Source: Acidimicrobiales bacterium (GTDB lineage: Bacteria; Actinomycetota; Acidimicrobiia; Acidimicrobiales; SZUA-35). Taken from it: 64,000 nt of DNA. The notes below the pieces were generated by a model. The model did no database searches and was not told the origin of the DNA. It saw nothing but the letters and a program-made list of their open reading frames with translations. The translations under genes were made by a program, and so were the position numbers. Positions 36,158 to 44,779 of this stretch are shown piece by piece. Numbering within the stretch: the first letter of the stretch is position 1; each line of letters starts with the position of its first letter. The stretch lies in the NCBI GenBank assembly GCA_965216685.1, contig OZ244195.1, forward strand, positions 4,896,673 to 4,960,672, given 5' to 3'.

Positions 36158-37337
36158 CACCAACAACCAAACAGGCGGCAACTCCGAGTCGATTGTCATC
36201 GACAGTATCGGGCTGTTGATCACCAATGATCCGGAGCTGGGCAACGGGCCGCTCGGGCGTTTGACCGATGCCGCCGTCGTCATCACCGGCGGGGTGGTTG
36301 AAGCGGTGACATCGGCGGGGGCGGCCGGCGATCGTCGTATCGACGCCCACGGTTCATGTGTCATTCCCGGTTTCGTCGACTCCCACAGCCATCTGGTCTT
36401 CGCCGGGGATCGGGCCGATGAATTCGCCGCCCGTATGGCCGGGCAGGATTATGACGGCGGCGGGATCAGGGTCACCACCGAGGCCACCCGGCAAGCCTCA
36501 ACCGACGAACTCGACCGGCTGGTACGGGAACGGCTGCGACGGGCCCGGCTGAGCGGCACCACCACCATGGAGATCAAATCGGGCTACGGACTCAACGTGG
36601 TCGACGAGAAACGTGCGTTGCAAGTGGCCGAAGCCCTCACCGGCGAAACCACGTTCCTCGGCGCCCACCTCGTTCCCCCCGAATACCTGGGACGCCCCGA
36701 CGACTACATCGACCTGGTCTGCGGCGAGATGCTGGCCGCCGCCGCCCCCCACGCCCGCTGGATCGACGCCTTCTGCGAGACCGGGGCCTTCGATGTCGAG
36801 CAGTGCCGTCGGGTTCTGGAAGCGGGCCGCCAGGCCGGCCTGGGGCTTCGGCTCCACGGCAACCAGCTGGGACACGGGCCGGGCGTGCAGCTGGCGGTGG
36901 AGATGGGTTGCGCGTCGGTCGATCACTGTACCTACCTGACCGACGACGACATCGACGCCCTGGCCGGCTCGAACACGGTGGCCACCCTGCTCCCGGCCAC
37001 CGACTTCTCCACCCGACAGCCCTATCCCGACGCCCGCCGACTGCTCGATGCCGGCGCAACGGTGGCCATTGCCGCCAACTGCAACCCCGGCTCCAGCTAC
37101 ACCACGTCCATCCCCTTCTGTCTGGCCCTGGCCGTGCGGGACATGAACATGACCTCCGACCAGGCGTTGCAGGCGGCAACCCTCGGCGGCGCCGCCGCCC
37201 TCGGCCGCACCGATATCGGTCGCCTCACCCCCGGTGCGAAGGGGCACGCCGTCATCCTCGACGCCCCATCCCACCACCACTTCGCCTACCAGCCGGGACA
37301 GAACCTCATCCGGCAGACCGTTGGACCATGGGATTGA
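36150..37337 (+). CDS. hutI: Imidazolonepropionase.
   Basis: [40 protein letters not shown]. 8-nt overlap with hutF. Confidence 0.9.
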   Translation: MTDTNNQTGGNSESIVIDSIGLLITNDPELGNGPLGRLTDAAVVITGGVVEAVTSAGAAGDRRIDAHGSCVIPGFVDSHSHLVFAGDRADEFAARMAGQDYDGGGIRVTTEATRQASTDELDRLVRERLRRARLSGTTTMEIKSGYGLNVVDEKRALQVAEALTGETTFLGAHLVPPEYLGRPDDYIDLVCGEMLAAAAPHARWIDAFCETGAFDVEQCRRVLEAGRQAGLGLRLHGNQLGHGPGVQLAVEMGCASVDHCTYLTDDDIDALAGSNTVATLLPATDFSTRQPYPDARRLLDAGATVAIAANCNPGSSYTTSIPFCLALAVRDMNMTSDQALQAATLGGAAALGRTDIGRLTPGAKGHAVILDAPSHHHFAYQPGQNLIRQTVGPWD

Positions 37338-37448
37338 GCGGCCCGACTGGGCCGTCAAGTCATGGCGGCGTGCATCCACCGGCCGATCGCTGACGTTAGG
37401 TTGTCTGTGGTGACTTCTACAGCAACGTCCAACGATCCAACCGAACCG

Positions 37449-38219
37449 ATGCTCGACGTCGACGACGGAGTCTTTCGCCGTCTGCGCAACCTGAACATCG
37501 GTGCGGCCGTACTTCACTTGGTGTCGGGGATCGCCATGGTGGTGCTGGGTAACGACTTCTCGCTACCCGTCTCATTGTTCAACCTGGGTGGTCCGCCCGG
37601 CACCCCGCTCAGCGAAGGTTTCCTCGAGGAGCTCTGGCAGTTTCCGCTGGCCATCGGCACGGCCGGCTTCATGTTCCTGTCGGCGCTGTTCCACCTGATC
37701 GTGGTGGCTCCCGGGGGCTACGACATCTACCAGCGCGAGATCCGTCGCGGTCGGAACCGGTTCCGTTGGGTGGAATACTCGCTGTCCTCCACCCTGATGA
37801 TCGTACTCATCGCCCTGATCGTCGGCATCACCGACATCGCCGCCCTGATCGGCATATCGGTGGCCAACGTGGCCATGATCCTGTTCGGTTGGGTCATGGA
37901 GATCGTCAACCGTCCCGGCGATCGGGTCTGGTGGTCCCCGTTCTGGTTCGGCTGTATCGCCGGCATCGCCCCCTGGCTCGCCCTGGTGGCCTATCTGACA
38001 CTGTCGAGTAGCGGCGAGGGCCCTCCGGGCTTCGTCTACGGCATCCTGGTGAGCATCTTCGTGCTGTTCAACTGCTTCGCCGTCAACCAGTGGCTGCAGT
38101 ACCGGGGAGTAGGCCGCTGGGCCGACTATGTCTTCGGGGAACGGGTCTACATCATCTTGAGCTTCGTGGCCAAGAGCGCCCTGGCCTGGCAGATCTTCGC
38201 CAACACTCTGATCGACTAA
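37449..38219 (+). CDS. Heliorhodopsin (7-TM retinal protein, inverted topology family).
   Basis: Full-length resemblance to heliorhodopsins as I recall them: NIGAAVLHL (His23), SALFHLIV (His82), FRWVEYSLSS (counterion Glu109, nt 37773-37775), ILFGW, PFWFGCIAGIAPW, PGFVYGI, and SFVAKSALAWQIF (Schiff-base Lys242, nt 38172-38174). Alternative GTG starts lie at 37407/37410. Confidence 0.9.
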   Translation: MLDVDDGVFRRLRNLNIGAAVLHLVSGIAMVVLGNDFSLPVSLFNLGGPPGTPLSEGFLEELWQFPLAIGTAGFMFLSALFHLIVVAPGGYDIYQREIRRGRNRFRWVEYSLSSTLMIVLIALIVGITDIAALIGISVANVAMILFGWVMEIVNRPGDRVWWSPFWFGCIAGIAPWLALVAYLTLSSSGEGPPGFVYGILVSIFVLFNCFAVNQWLQYRGVGRWADYVFGERVYIILSFVAKSALAWQIFANTLID

Positions 38220-38230
38220 TAGCCAACCTT

Positions 38231-38280
38231 GTTCTGTCTGCTCCCACGCGTCGATCTCGACGCGTGGGAGCAGACAGAAC
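38231..38280 (+). terminator. Very strong hairpin immediately after the heliorhodopsin stop.
   Basis: GTTCTGTCTGCTCCCACGCGTCGA / TCGACGCGTGGGAGCAGACAGAAC forms perfect 24-nt arms. No U-tract follows. Confidence 0.65.
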
Positions 38281-38451
38281 GGCGTCTTATGGGCGGGGAC
38301 AAGGCTCGGCTACAGTGATCGGTGGCCCCGTCGGTAGGGCCACCGGTCCGCGGAGAGGGCGAAGCCCAGCCGACTCTCGCTTGAGAAGCAACCGAACATC
38401 CTCTTTCCGCCCGTCGATGCGGACCTCGGGCCAACCACGAAAGGGGCTGTC

Positions 38452-39591
38452 ATGCCTTCTGTTCCTCTTCCCGAGAACCCATCGATCGAGCACCTCAAGA
38501 AGCAGGCCAAGCTCGTGCAGGAACTGGTGCGGGCCGCCGACGACGGGGCCTTGAACATGGTCCGGGAGTTCCACCCCACCCTGTCCGACGCCGATCCTGC
38601 CTCGCCCGAGATCAGCGGCTTCAGCCGGACCAACGCCCAACTGGTGGTGGCCCGGCTGTACGGGTTCGCCAGCTGGGTCAAGCTTCGAGCCCACGTCCAG
38701 CTCATCCAGGACCACAGCCTGCCCGACCCGGCCGACGAGGGCCCCGATGACGGAGTCACTCAGCCGCCGGTCGACCGGTTCGTGTCACTGGCCTGTGTCA
38801 GCTACAACCCGGTTGACGTTCACCGCCGGCTGAGTGACGCCACGGCCATGCTGGCCGCCGATCCGGCGTTGTCAGGAGCATCGGCCGCGGCCATGGCCAC
38901 CACCGGCGACCATCGACGACTCAACGAGCTCCTGGCCACCGACCCCGAGCTGGCCCGGCGGCCGACCGGTCCCAACCGGTGGCCCCTCATCCTGTACTGC
39001 TGCTATTCCCGGGTGGGGGCCCACGGCCAGGAGCACTCGGCAGTGGCCACCGCCCGGCTCCTGCTCGACCGGGGAGCCGACCCCAACACCGGTTTCCTGT
39101 GGCACGGCCTGGTGCCGCCGTTCACCGCGTTGACCGGTGCCTTCGGTCGGGGTGAGGGCGACCAGCCCCGGCATCCCCAGTGGCAGGAGCTGGCCCGCCT
39201 GCTACTGGAGGCCGGGGCGGATCCCAACGACGGCCAAGCGCTGTACAACAACGGCCTGGCGGGAACAGCCCACGACGATCCAAGCCACCTTCAACTGCTG
39301 CACGAGTTCGGACTCGGCCAGGATCAGGACGGGCCGTGGTATCGACAGTTCGGCCAACGGCTGACCCCGGCGCAGGAGTTGCTGTATGACGAACTCGAGG
39401 TTGCCGCCTGGCGGAATCTACCCAACCGCATGCGATTCCTGGTCGGATTGGGGTTGGACCTCAACCGAGGAGTTGGGCGCTCAGGGCAGGCACCCCTCGA
39501 TATCGCCCTGGGGGCCGGCCACGAGGAGGTGGTGGACATCCTTCGCTCAGCCGGTGCCGCCGGAGAAACAGGCGCTACAGCTGGCGGCTGA
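38452..39591 (+). CDS. Ankyrin-repeat protein with a conserved N-terminal helical domain.
   Basis: N-terminus PSIEHLKKQAKLVQELVRA. C-terminal repeats are LLLDRGADPNTG, LLLEAGADPNDG and LDIALGAGHEEVVDILRSAGA. GAAAGGGG RBS. Confidence 0.7.
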   Translation: MPSVPLPENPSIEHLKKQAKLVQELVRAADDGALNMVREFHPTLSDADPASPEISGFSRTNAQLVVARLYGFASWVKLRAHVQLIQDHSLPDPADEGPDDGVTQPPVDRFVSLACVSYNPVDVHRRLSDATAMLAADPALSGASAAAMATTGDHRRLNELLATDPELARRPTGPNRWPLILYCCYSRVGAHGQEHSAVATARLLLDRGADPNTGFLWHGLVPPFTALTGAFGRGEGDQPRHPQWQELARLLLEAGADPNDGQALYNNGLAGTAHDDPSHLQLLHEFGLGQDQDGPWYRQFGQRLTPAQELLYDELEVAAWRNLPNRMRFLVGLGLDLNRGVGRSGQAPLDIALGAGHEEVVDILRSAGAAGETGATAGG

Positions 39592-40294
39592 GGACCAACC
39601 AGCCGAAACCCAGCACCGACCGGTAGTGGTTGAGATACTGTTGTTCCCGCCCGGCGGCGAAGGCCTCGGCGTGGGCCGTTCCCACCGCCCGGACGCCGGC
39701 CGTCCAGCCCTGCTCGAACCGGTCCCACTCGGACTGGGACGAGAGGTCCGAGTCGACGATTCGCCAACCGGCGGCCAGGGCGTTGGCCTCCAGCCCGGCC
39801 AATCCGACGGGCTGGGGCCCGAAGTTGTCGAGACACCACTGGTCGGGCGCCGTCTGCCAGACGCCGTCACCTACGACGGCCGTTCCGGTTGACACCAGCC
39901 GAGCCAGGTGCTCGAACATGGCCGACGAGCCGCCGAAGGCGTGGGAGGCGCCGATGCAGACGGCGGCATCGACCGAGCCCGACCAGGCGGCGGCGTCGCC
40001 GACGGCGAACGACACCCGGGAGGCCAGCCGGCGATCGACGGCTCGCCGCTGGGCCTCCTTGATGGCTTCGGCGTCGGTGTCGACACCAACCACCGCGACC
40101 GACGGAAGGGCATCGGCCAACAGCAACGCCAGCTCGCCCCGGCCGCACCCAAGATCGACCACCGAACGGCAGCCGGCCTCCCCCACCAGGGCGACAAGTG
40201 CTCCCGCTCGTTCGGCGCTCAACGGGGCATTGAAGGTCACTGCCTCGGCACCGGCAGTCATCAGCTCGGCCCTGATTTCCGCGGCCAACTCCAT
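39575..40294 (-). CDS. Class I SAM-dependent methyltransferase.
   Basis: Motif I is VVDLGCGRGELALLLA. Its 3' end overlaps the convergent ankyrin gene by 17 nt. Confidence 0.8.
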   Translation of the reverse strand: MELAAEIRAELMTAGAEAVTFNAPLSAERAGALVALVGEAGCRSVVDLGCGRGELALLLADALPSVAVVGVDTDAEAIKEAQRRAVDRRLASRVSFAVGDAAAWSGSVDAAVCIGASHAFGGSSAMFEHLARLVSTGTAVVGDGVWQTAPDQWCLDNFGPQPVGLAGLEANALAAGWRIVDSDLSSQSEWDRFEQGWTAGVRAVGTAHAEAFAAGREQQYLNHYRSVLGFGWLVLSRQL

Positions 40295-40370
40295 GGGCCG
40301 AAGGCTACCGTTCGATTCCGACGAACCCAGGCATCACTATGATGGGCAGCGGTCCGATCCAGGAAGGAGC

Positions 40371-41231
40371 GTGAGCAGGTTGAACGATCCCAGCAACCAA
40401 TGGATCCTGGTCGTGGGAGGAGGCACCATGGGAGCCGGTATCGCCCAGAGCCTGATCCAGCTGGGCTTCCCCGTCACCATCGGCGAGGCCTCGGTCGAAG
40501 CCGGTGAAGCCGCCTGGAAACGGGTGGCGGCCGGACTGGGTCGAGCCCACCGTAAGGCCGAGGACCCGGAAGCGGCCGTTGCCGCCGACCTGGCCCGGTT
40601 GGAGGTCATCGACGGTCTGCCCGGCAACGAACCCGATCTGGTGATCGAGGCCGTTCCCGAACTGGTGGACCTCAAGGGCACGGTGCTGTCGGAATTGGCC
40701 GAGCGTTACCCCACAACCCTGCTGGCCACCAACACCAGCTCCTTGTCGATCACGGAGTTGGCGGCCAACGTGACGCGACCCGAGCGTTTCATCGGGATGC
40801 ATTTCTTCAACCCGGTTCCCCTTTCCTCACTGGTCGAACTGGTGACGGGTGAGGCCACCGACGACGCCACCGTGGCCACGGCCCGGGAATGGGTCGAGCG
40901 GCTGGACAAGACGTCCATCGTGGTTCGCGACTCCCCCGGCTTCGCCACCAGCCGTCTCGGTCTGGCCCTCGGACTGGAGGCCATCCGCATGGTCGAGCAA
41001 GGCGTGGCCGCCCCGGAGGACATCGACCGGGGCATGGAGCTTGGCTACAAGCACCCCATGGGCCCACTTCGGTTGACCGACCTTGTCGGGCTCGACGTTC
41101 GCCTTGGCATCGCCCACCATCTGGCGTCAACACTGGGTCCTCGGTTCGAGCCGCCCGAACTGCTGCGTCAGATGGTGGCCGACAACAAGCTGGGCAAGAA
41201 GACCGGTCAGGGGTTCTACTCGTGGAGTTGA
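40371..41231 (+). CDS. 3-hydroxyacyl-CoA (3-hydroxybutyryl-CoA) dehydrogenase.
   Basis: GTG start with an AGGAAGGAG RBS. Motifs: VVGGGTMGAGIAQ, TNTSSLSI, GMHFFNPV, DSPGF, GYKHPMGP. Confidence 0.9.
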   Translation: MSRLNDPSNQWILVVGGGTMGAGIAQSLIQLGFPVTIGEASVEAGEAAWKRVAAGLGRAHRKAEDPEAAVAADLARLEVIDGLPGNEPDLVIEAVPELVDLKGTVLSELAERYPTTLLATNTSSLSITELAANVTRPERFIGMHFFNPVPLSSLVELVTGEATDDATVATAREWVERLDKTSIVVRDSPGFATSRLGLALGLEAIRMVEQGVAAPEDIDRGMELGYKHPMGPLRLTDLVGLDVRLGIAHHLASTLGPRFEPPELLRQMVADNKLGKKTGQGFYSWS

Positions 41232-41968
41232 TCACCGTCGAACGTCGGCCCGGTCTGCTGCTCGTCGGTCTCGACCGCCCGGAGAAGCGCAACGCCCTGG
41301 ACGAAGCCATGGTCGACGAGATCGACTCGGTGCTGGGGCAGGCCCAGCGGGGCGAACCGGCCGTACTCGTTCTCCACTCCACCAGCTCCGGCATGTTCGT
41401 GTCGGGCGCCGACATCGGCGAGCTGATCGATCGTGACGCCGATGCAGCCCTGCGAGCCATCAACGCCGGGCTGTTCGAGCGACTGGAGGCCTTCCGCTGG
41501 CCCACCATTGCCGTGGTCGACGGTGCGGCCTACGGCGGCGGCTGCGAGCTGGCGCTGGCCTGTGACCATCGGTTGTGCTCCCCCGACGCTCGATTCGCCC
41601 AACCCGAGCTGAACCTCGGGATACTGGCCGGAGCCGGAGGAAACTGGCGGCTCCCCGCTCTGGTCGGTGTTGGTCTAGCCCGCCGCATGCTGTACTGCAG
41701 TGAGGTGGTCGACGCCGACGCCGCGCTGGCCGTCGGGCTGGTCGATGGCGTGCATCCGGCCGATGAGTTGCTCGACGCCGCCGTGGCCATGGCCGAAACG
41801 ATCGGGAAGCGGTCGTGGCGGGCCTTGGAACTGACCAAGCTGGCCCTCCGCCAACACCGATCGGCCACCACCGGCTTCGATATCGCGGCCCAGGCCCTGC
41901 TGTTCGAAGACGATGACAAACGTCGACGGATGCAGGCCTTTCTCGACCGCAAACGCAGACCGACCTAA
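41222..41968 (+). CDS. Enoyl-CoA hydratase/isomerase.
   Basis: GTG start overlaps the upstream stop. Motifs: LDRPEKRNAL, FVSGADI, DGAAYGGGCELALACD. Confidence 0.85.
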   Translation: MELITVERRPGLLLVGLDRPEKRNALDEAMVDEIDSVLGQAQRGEPAVLVLHSTSSGMFVSGADIGELIDRDADAALRAINAGLFERLEAFRWPTIAVVDGAAYGGGCELALACDHRLCSPDARFAQPELNLGILAGAGGNWRLPALVGVGLARRMLYCSEVVDADAALAVGLVDGVHPADELLDAAVAMAETIGKRSWRALELTKLALRQHRSATTGFDIAAQALLFEDDDKRRRMQAFLDRKRRPT

Positions 41969-41989
41969 TCAAAGGGAGAAGAAGTCCAG

Positions 41990-43216
41990 ATGACCACGTT
42001 CGGACGGGATGCCGTTATCTGTCAACCGGTACGAACACCGGTGGGCCGAGCCGGTGGGGTCTTCCGTGACGTACCGGCGGCCGAGCTGGCCGCCACCGCC
42101 CTGCAAGCCCTGGTCGACCGTTCGGGGCTTGACCCCGGCCAGGTCGATGACGTGATCTTCGGCCAGTGCTATCCGTCGGGCGAAGCGCCGGCCATCGGGC
42201 GGGTGGCGGCCCTCGACGCCGGGTTTCCGGTGACTGTTGCCGGCATCCAGCTCGATCGGCGCTGCGGCTCGGGGCTCCAGGCCGTCGTCTACGGGGCCAT
42301 GGCGGTTCAGACCGGCGTCAGCGATCTGGTGGTGGCCGGAGGGGCCGAATCGATGAGCCAGGCCGAGTTCTACTCCACCGAGATGCGCTACGGGGCCGGC
42401 GGCTCGGGCGTCCACCTCCACGATCGGTTGACCAGGGCTCGGGTCACCGCCGGGGGTCGCCACCATCCGGTTCCCGGCGGCATGATCGAGACGGCCGAGA
42501 ACCTTCGTCGGGAGTACGGGATCAGCCGCCAAGACCAGGATCGGCTGGCCCTGAGTTCTCAGCAGCGGGCGGCGACGGCCCAGGCCTCCGGTCGGTTCAG
42601 CGACGAGATTGCGCCGGTCACGGTCAGTGGTCGCAAAGGTTCCGTTGTGGTCGACTGTGATGAGCACCCTCGACCCGACACCTCATTGGACAAGTTGGCC
42701 CAGCTTCGGCCCATCATGGGCCGCCAGGACCCCGACGCTACGGTGACCGCCGGGAACGCCTCCGGCCAGAACGACGGCGGCGCCGCCTGCATCGTGACCA
42801 CGAGGGAGAAGGCGGCCGAGCTGGGGATCAGACCTCTGGCCCGCCTACTGTCATGGGCCACCGCCGGGGTGGCTCCGGCCACCATGGGTATCGGCCCGGT
42901 CCCGTCGACGGCCAAGGCGCTGGCCGCCGCCGGGCTGACCATGGTCGATCTCGATCTGATCGAACTGAACGAGGCCTTTGCCGCCCAGGTGCTGGCCTGC
43001 ACCGCCGCCTGGGGCCTGGGCAATGGCGACTTCGAACGCATCAATGTGAACGGCTCGGGCATCTCGCTCGGCCATCCGGTCGGAGCGACCGGAGCCCGAA
43101 TTCTCGCCACCCTTCTGTGGGAAATGGACCGACGAGAGGCCCGCTACGGCCTCGAGACCATGTGCATAGGCGGCGGCCAGGGCCTGGCCGCCGTGTTCGA
43201 GCGGCTGACCGGCTGA
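41990..43216 (+). CDS. Acetyl-CoA C-acyltransferase (thiolase).
   Basis: QLDRRCGSGLQAV (active Cys), NASGQNDGGAA, NVNGSGISLGHPVGATG, CIGGGQG. AAGGGAGAAG RBS. Confidence 0.9.
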   Translation: MTTFGRDAVICQPVRTPVGRAGGVFRDVPAAELAATALQALVDRSGLDPGQVDDVIFGQCYPSGEAPAIGRVAALDAGFPVTVAGIQLDRRCGSGLQAVVYGAMAVQTGVSDLVVAGGAESMSQAEFYSTEMRYGAGGSGVHLHDRLTRARVTAGGRHHPVPGGMIETAENLRREYGISRQDQDRLALSSQQRAATAQASGRFSDEIAPVTVSGRKGSVVVDCDEHPRPDTSLDKLAQLRPIMGRQDPDATVTAGNASGQNDGGAACIVTTREKAAELGIRPLARLLSWATAGVAPATMGIGPVPSTAKALAAAGLTMVDLDLIELNEAFAAQVLACTAAWGLGNGDFERINVNGSGISLGHPVGATGARILATLLWEMDRREARYGLETMCIGGGQGLAAVFERLTG

Positions 43217-43230
43217 TCCCCCAACACTGC

Positions 43231-43268
43231 GTGCGCCCCACCGTTCACCGGTGAACGGTGGAGCGCAC
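43231..43268. terminator. Hairpin between the convergent thiolase and yjbR-like genes.
   Basis: GTGCGCCCCACCGTTCACC / GGTGAACGGTGGAGCGCAC forms 19-nt arms with one mismatch. Confidence 0.55.
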
Positions 43269-43276
43269 AGGAAGCG

Positions 43277-43684
43277 TTATTGGTCGGGCGTCGAGAACTC
43301 TTCGGCCAGTTGGGCCGGGGCTGAGCACAACCAGGCGTCGACGATCGCTTCCCGAACGTCGGACGCCGCGGCCTGGTCGAGCGCGATCAGCACGGCGGCG
43401 TGGCCGTCGAAGTGGGCGATGGTGAAGAAGCCGGGCCGACCCTGATCGAGAATGGCTTCCTTCTCAACCAGGTCATCGACCGAGACCCCGATGATGTCAC
43501 CGGCCGGCGGTTCGATTCCGTCGGCCTCCAGCCGGCGGCGATCGGTCTGGCGAAAGGGCCGCTCCCACACGAACGTCTTCTTCTCGACCTTCCAGGCCCG
43601 GGAGCCGTAGCTCGTGCCTTCGGTGGTTGCCGGCAGGGCCAAGGCCGCAGTCGCCACATCATCGAGCGTCACCGGATCGGCCAC
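43277..43684 (-). CDS. MmcQ/YjbR-family protein.
   Basis: EGTSYGSRAWKVEKKTFVWERP...FFTIAHFDGHAAVLIAL. Confidence 0.7.
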   Translation of the reverse strand: MADPVTLDDVATAALALPATTEGTSYGSRAWKVEKKTFVWERPFRQTDRRRLEADGIEPPAGDIIGVSVDDLVEKEAILDQGRPGFFTIAHFDGHAAVLIALDQAAASDVREAIVDAWLCSAPAQLAEEFSTPDQ

Positions 43685-43693
43685 GCCGTGAAC

Positions 43694-44371
43694 CTAGCAC
43701 ACCGAGGCCGCTGAGCTCATCGTCGGTCTGGTGTGCAGATCGCCCAGCCAGGCGACCCAACTGATGGTCGGTTGTGTGTCAGTGGTTGTGGCGTGCTCCA
43801 CGTTGGCCGGGTGGACGAACACCTCCCCGGGATTGCGGGGTCGGTAGCCTGCATCGCCCCGCAGCCACCATCCGGTGCCGGCCACGATGCCGTAGACCTC
43901 CGTGGCCGGATGATGGTGCCGGTCGTAGGCCACCCCGGCGCCCTGCACCACGAGGAACAGGGCCAAATGGTCGGATCGACACGGGCTCAACTGGTGGCTG
44001 CCGTCTTCGGGGGCGACCACTGCCGCATAGCTGTAGTTCGACCAGAACCGCTCCAAGACCGGCGTCGGAGTCAGATCGGCGTAGGCGGTGTTCCATCGCA
44101 GGGTGGACGCGCACTCGGCAAACGTCCGGGCAAAGTCGCCGGCTTCCGGCGGAGCAACGGCCAGCGCTTCGTCCAACCACCGCTCGACCGCCGGATGGGA
44201 CAGCGCCCGCACCGGTTGGGTGTAGGCCACACCGGGCAGCGACACCGCCAACTGCTCAAGGACCGGTCCATCCCCAGCTTCGGCCATTCCAAGGGCCCGT
44301 TCCACTGAGGCGCCGACGTGGGTGAGCAGGCGGCCGATGCTCGTCTCCTGATCGGACCTGCGTCCATCCAT
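43694..44371 (-). CDS. Cupin-domain protein. Membership of the DddL-like DMSP-lyase family is possible but unverified.
   Basis: Cupin metal motifs are YDRHHHPATEVYGIVAG and VFVHPANVEH, with an N-terminal roughly 130-aa helical region. The family call comes from memory of the DddL cupin pattern only. Confidence 0.45.
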   Translation of the reverse strand: MDGRRSDQETSIGRLLTHVGASVERALGMAEAGDGPVLEQLAVSLPGVAYTQPVRALSHPAVERWLDEALAVAPPEAGDFARTFAECASTLRWNTAYADLTPTPVLERFWSNYSYAAVVAPEDGSHQLSPCRSDHLALFLVVQGAGVAYDRHHHPATEVYGIVAGTGWWLRGDAGYRPRNPGEVFVHPANVEHATTTDTQPTISWVAWLGDLHTRPTMSSAASVC

Positions 44372-44419
44372 CGTCCATTGGTATCACGGCCGTCCCCTAC
44401 TACCCCTAACCTGGCCACC

Positions 44420-44779
44420 ATGGCCGACGAGACCCGCAATCCCGATGTCGACGCCTGGTTCGCCGACAAGCAACATCCCCTGGAAGAGGCCATGCAGCTG
44501 GCCCGCACGATCATCCTCGGAGTCGACAACCGCATCACCGAATCGATCAAGTGGCAGACGCCGACCTATGCCTACAAGGGCAACATCATCAGCTTCAACC
44601 CGGCCAAGAAGCACGTCAGTCTCATGTTCCACCGGGGAGCCGAAATTCCGGGCGATCATCCCCTTCTGGAGGGCGACGGCAAGCTCGTCCGCACCATGAA
44701 GTTGGCCGATGTCAACGAGGTCGAGAACGCTAGGCCCGACCTCGAGGCCGCCGTCCGGGCCTGGTGCGAAGGTCGATGA
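44420..44779 (+). CDS. DUF1801 (YdhG-like) domain protein.
   Basis: ORF 44318..44779 trimmed to MADETRNPDVDAWF. Motif: ESIKWQTPTYAYKGNIISFNPAKKHVSLMF. Confidence 0.7.
   Translation: MADETRNPDVDAWFADKQHPLEEAMQLARTIILGVDNRITESIKWQTPTYAYKGNIISFNPAKKHVSLMFHRGAEIPGDHPLLEGDGKLVRTMKLADVNEVENARPDLEAAVRAWCEGR

Noticed and set aside
39630-40370. N-terminal 247-codon extension of the 3-hydroxyacyl-CoA dehydrogenase ORF. Similar long extensions occur at 15006, 18407, 21604, 40889, 55009, 61421 and 6045..7523.
   Set aside because: The extensions overlap genes on the other strand and are Arg/Pro/Ser-rich. The recognisable domains begin at internal starts that have RBS-like sequences or stop-start overlaps.
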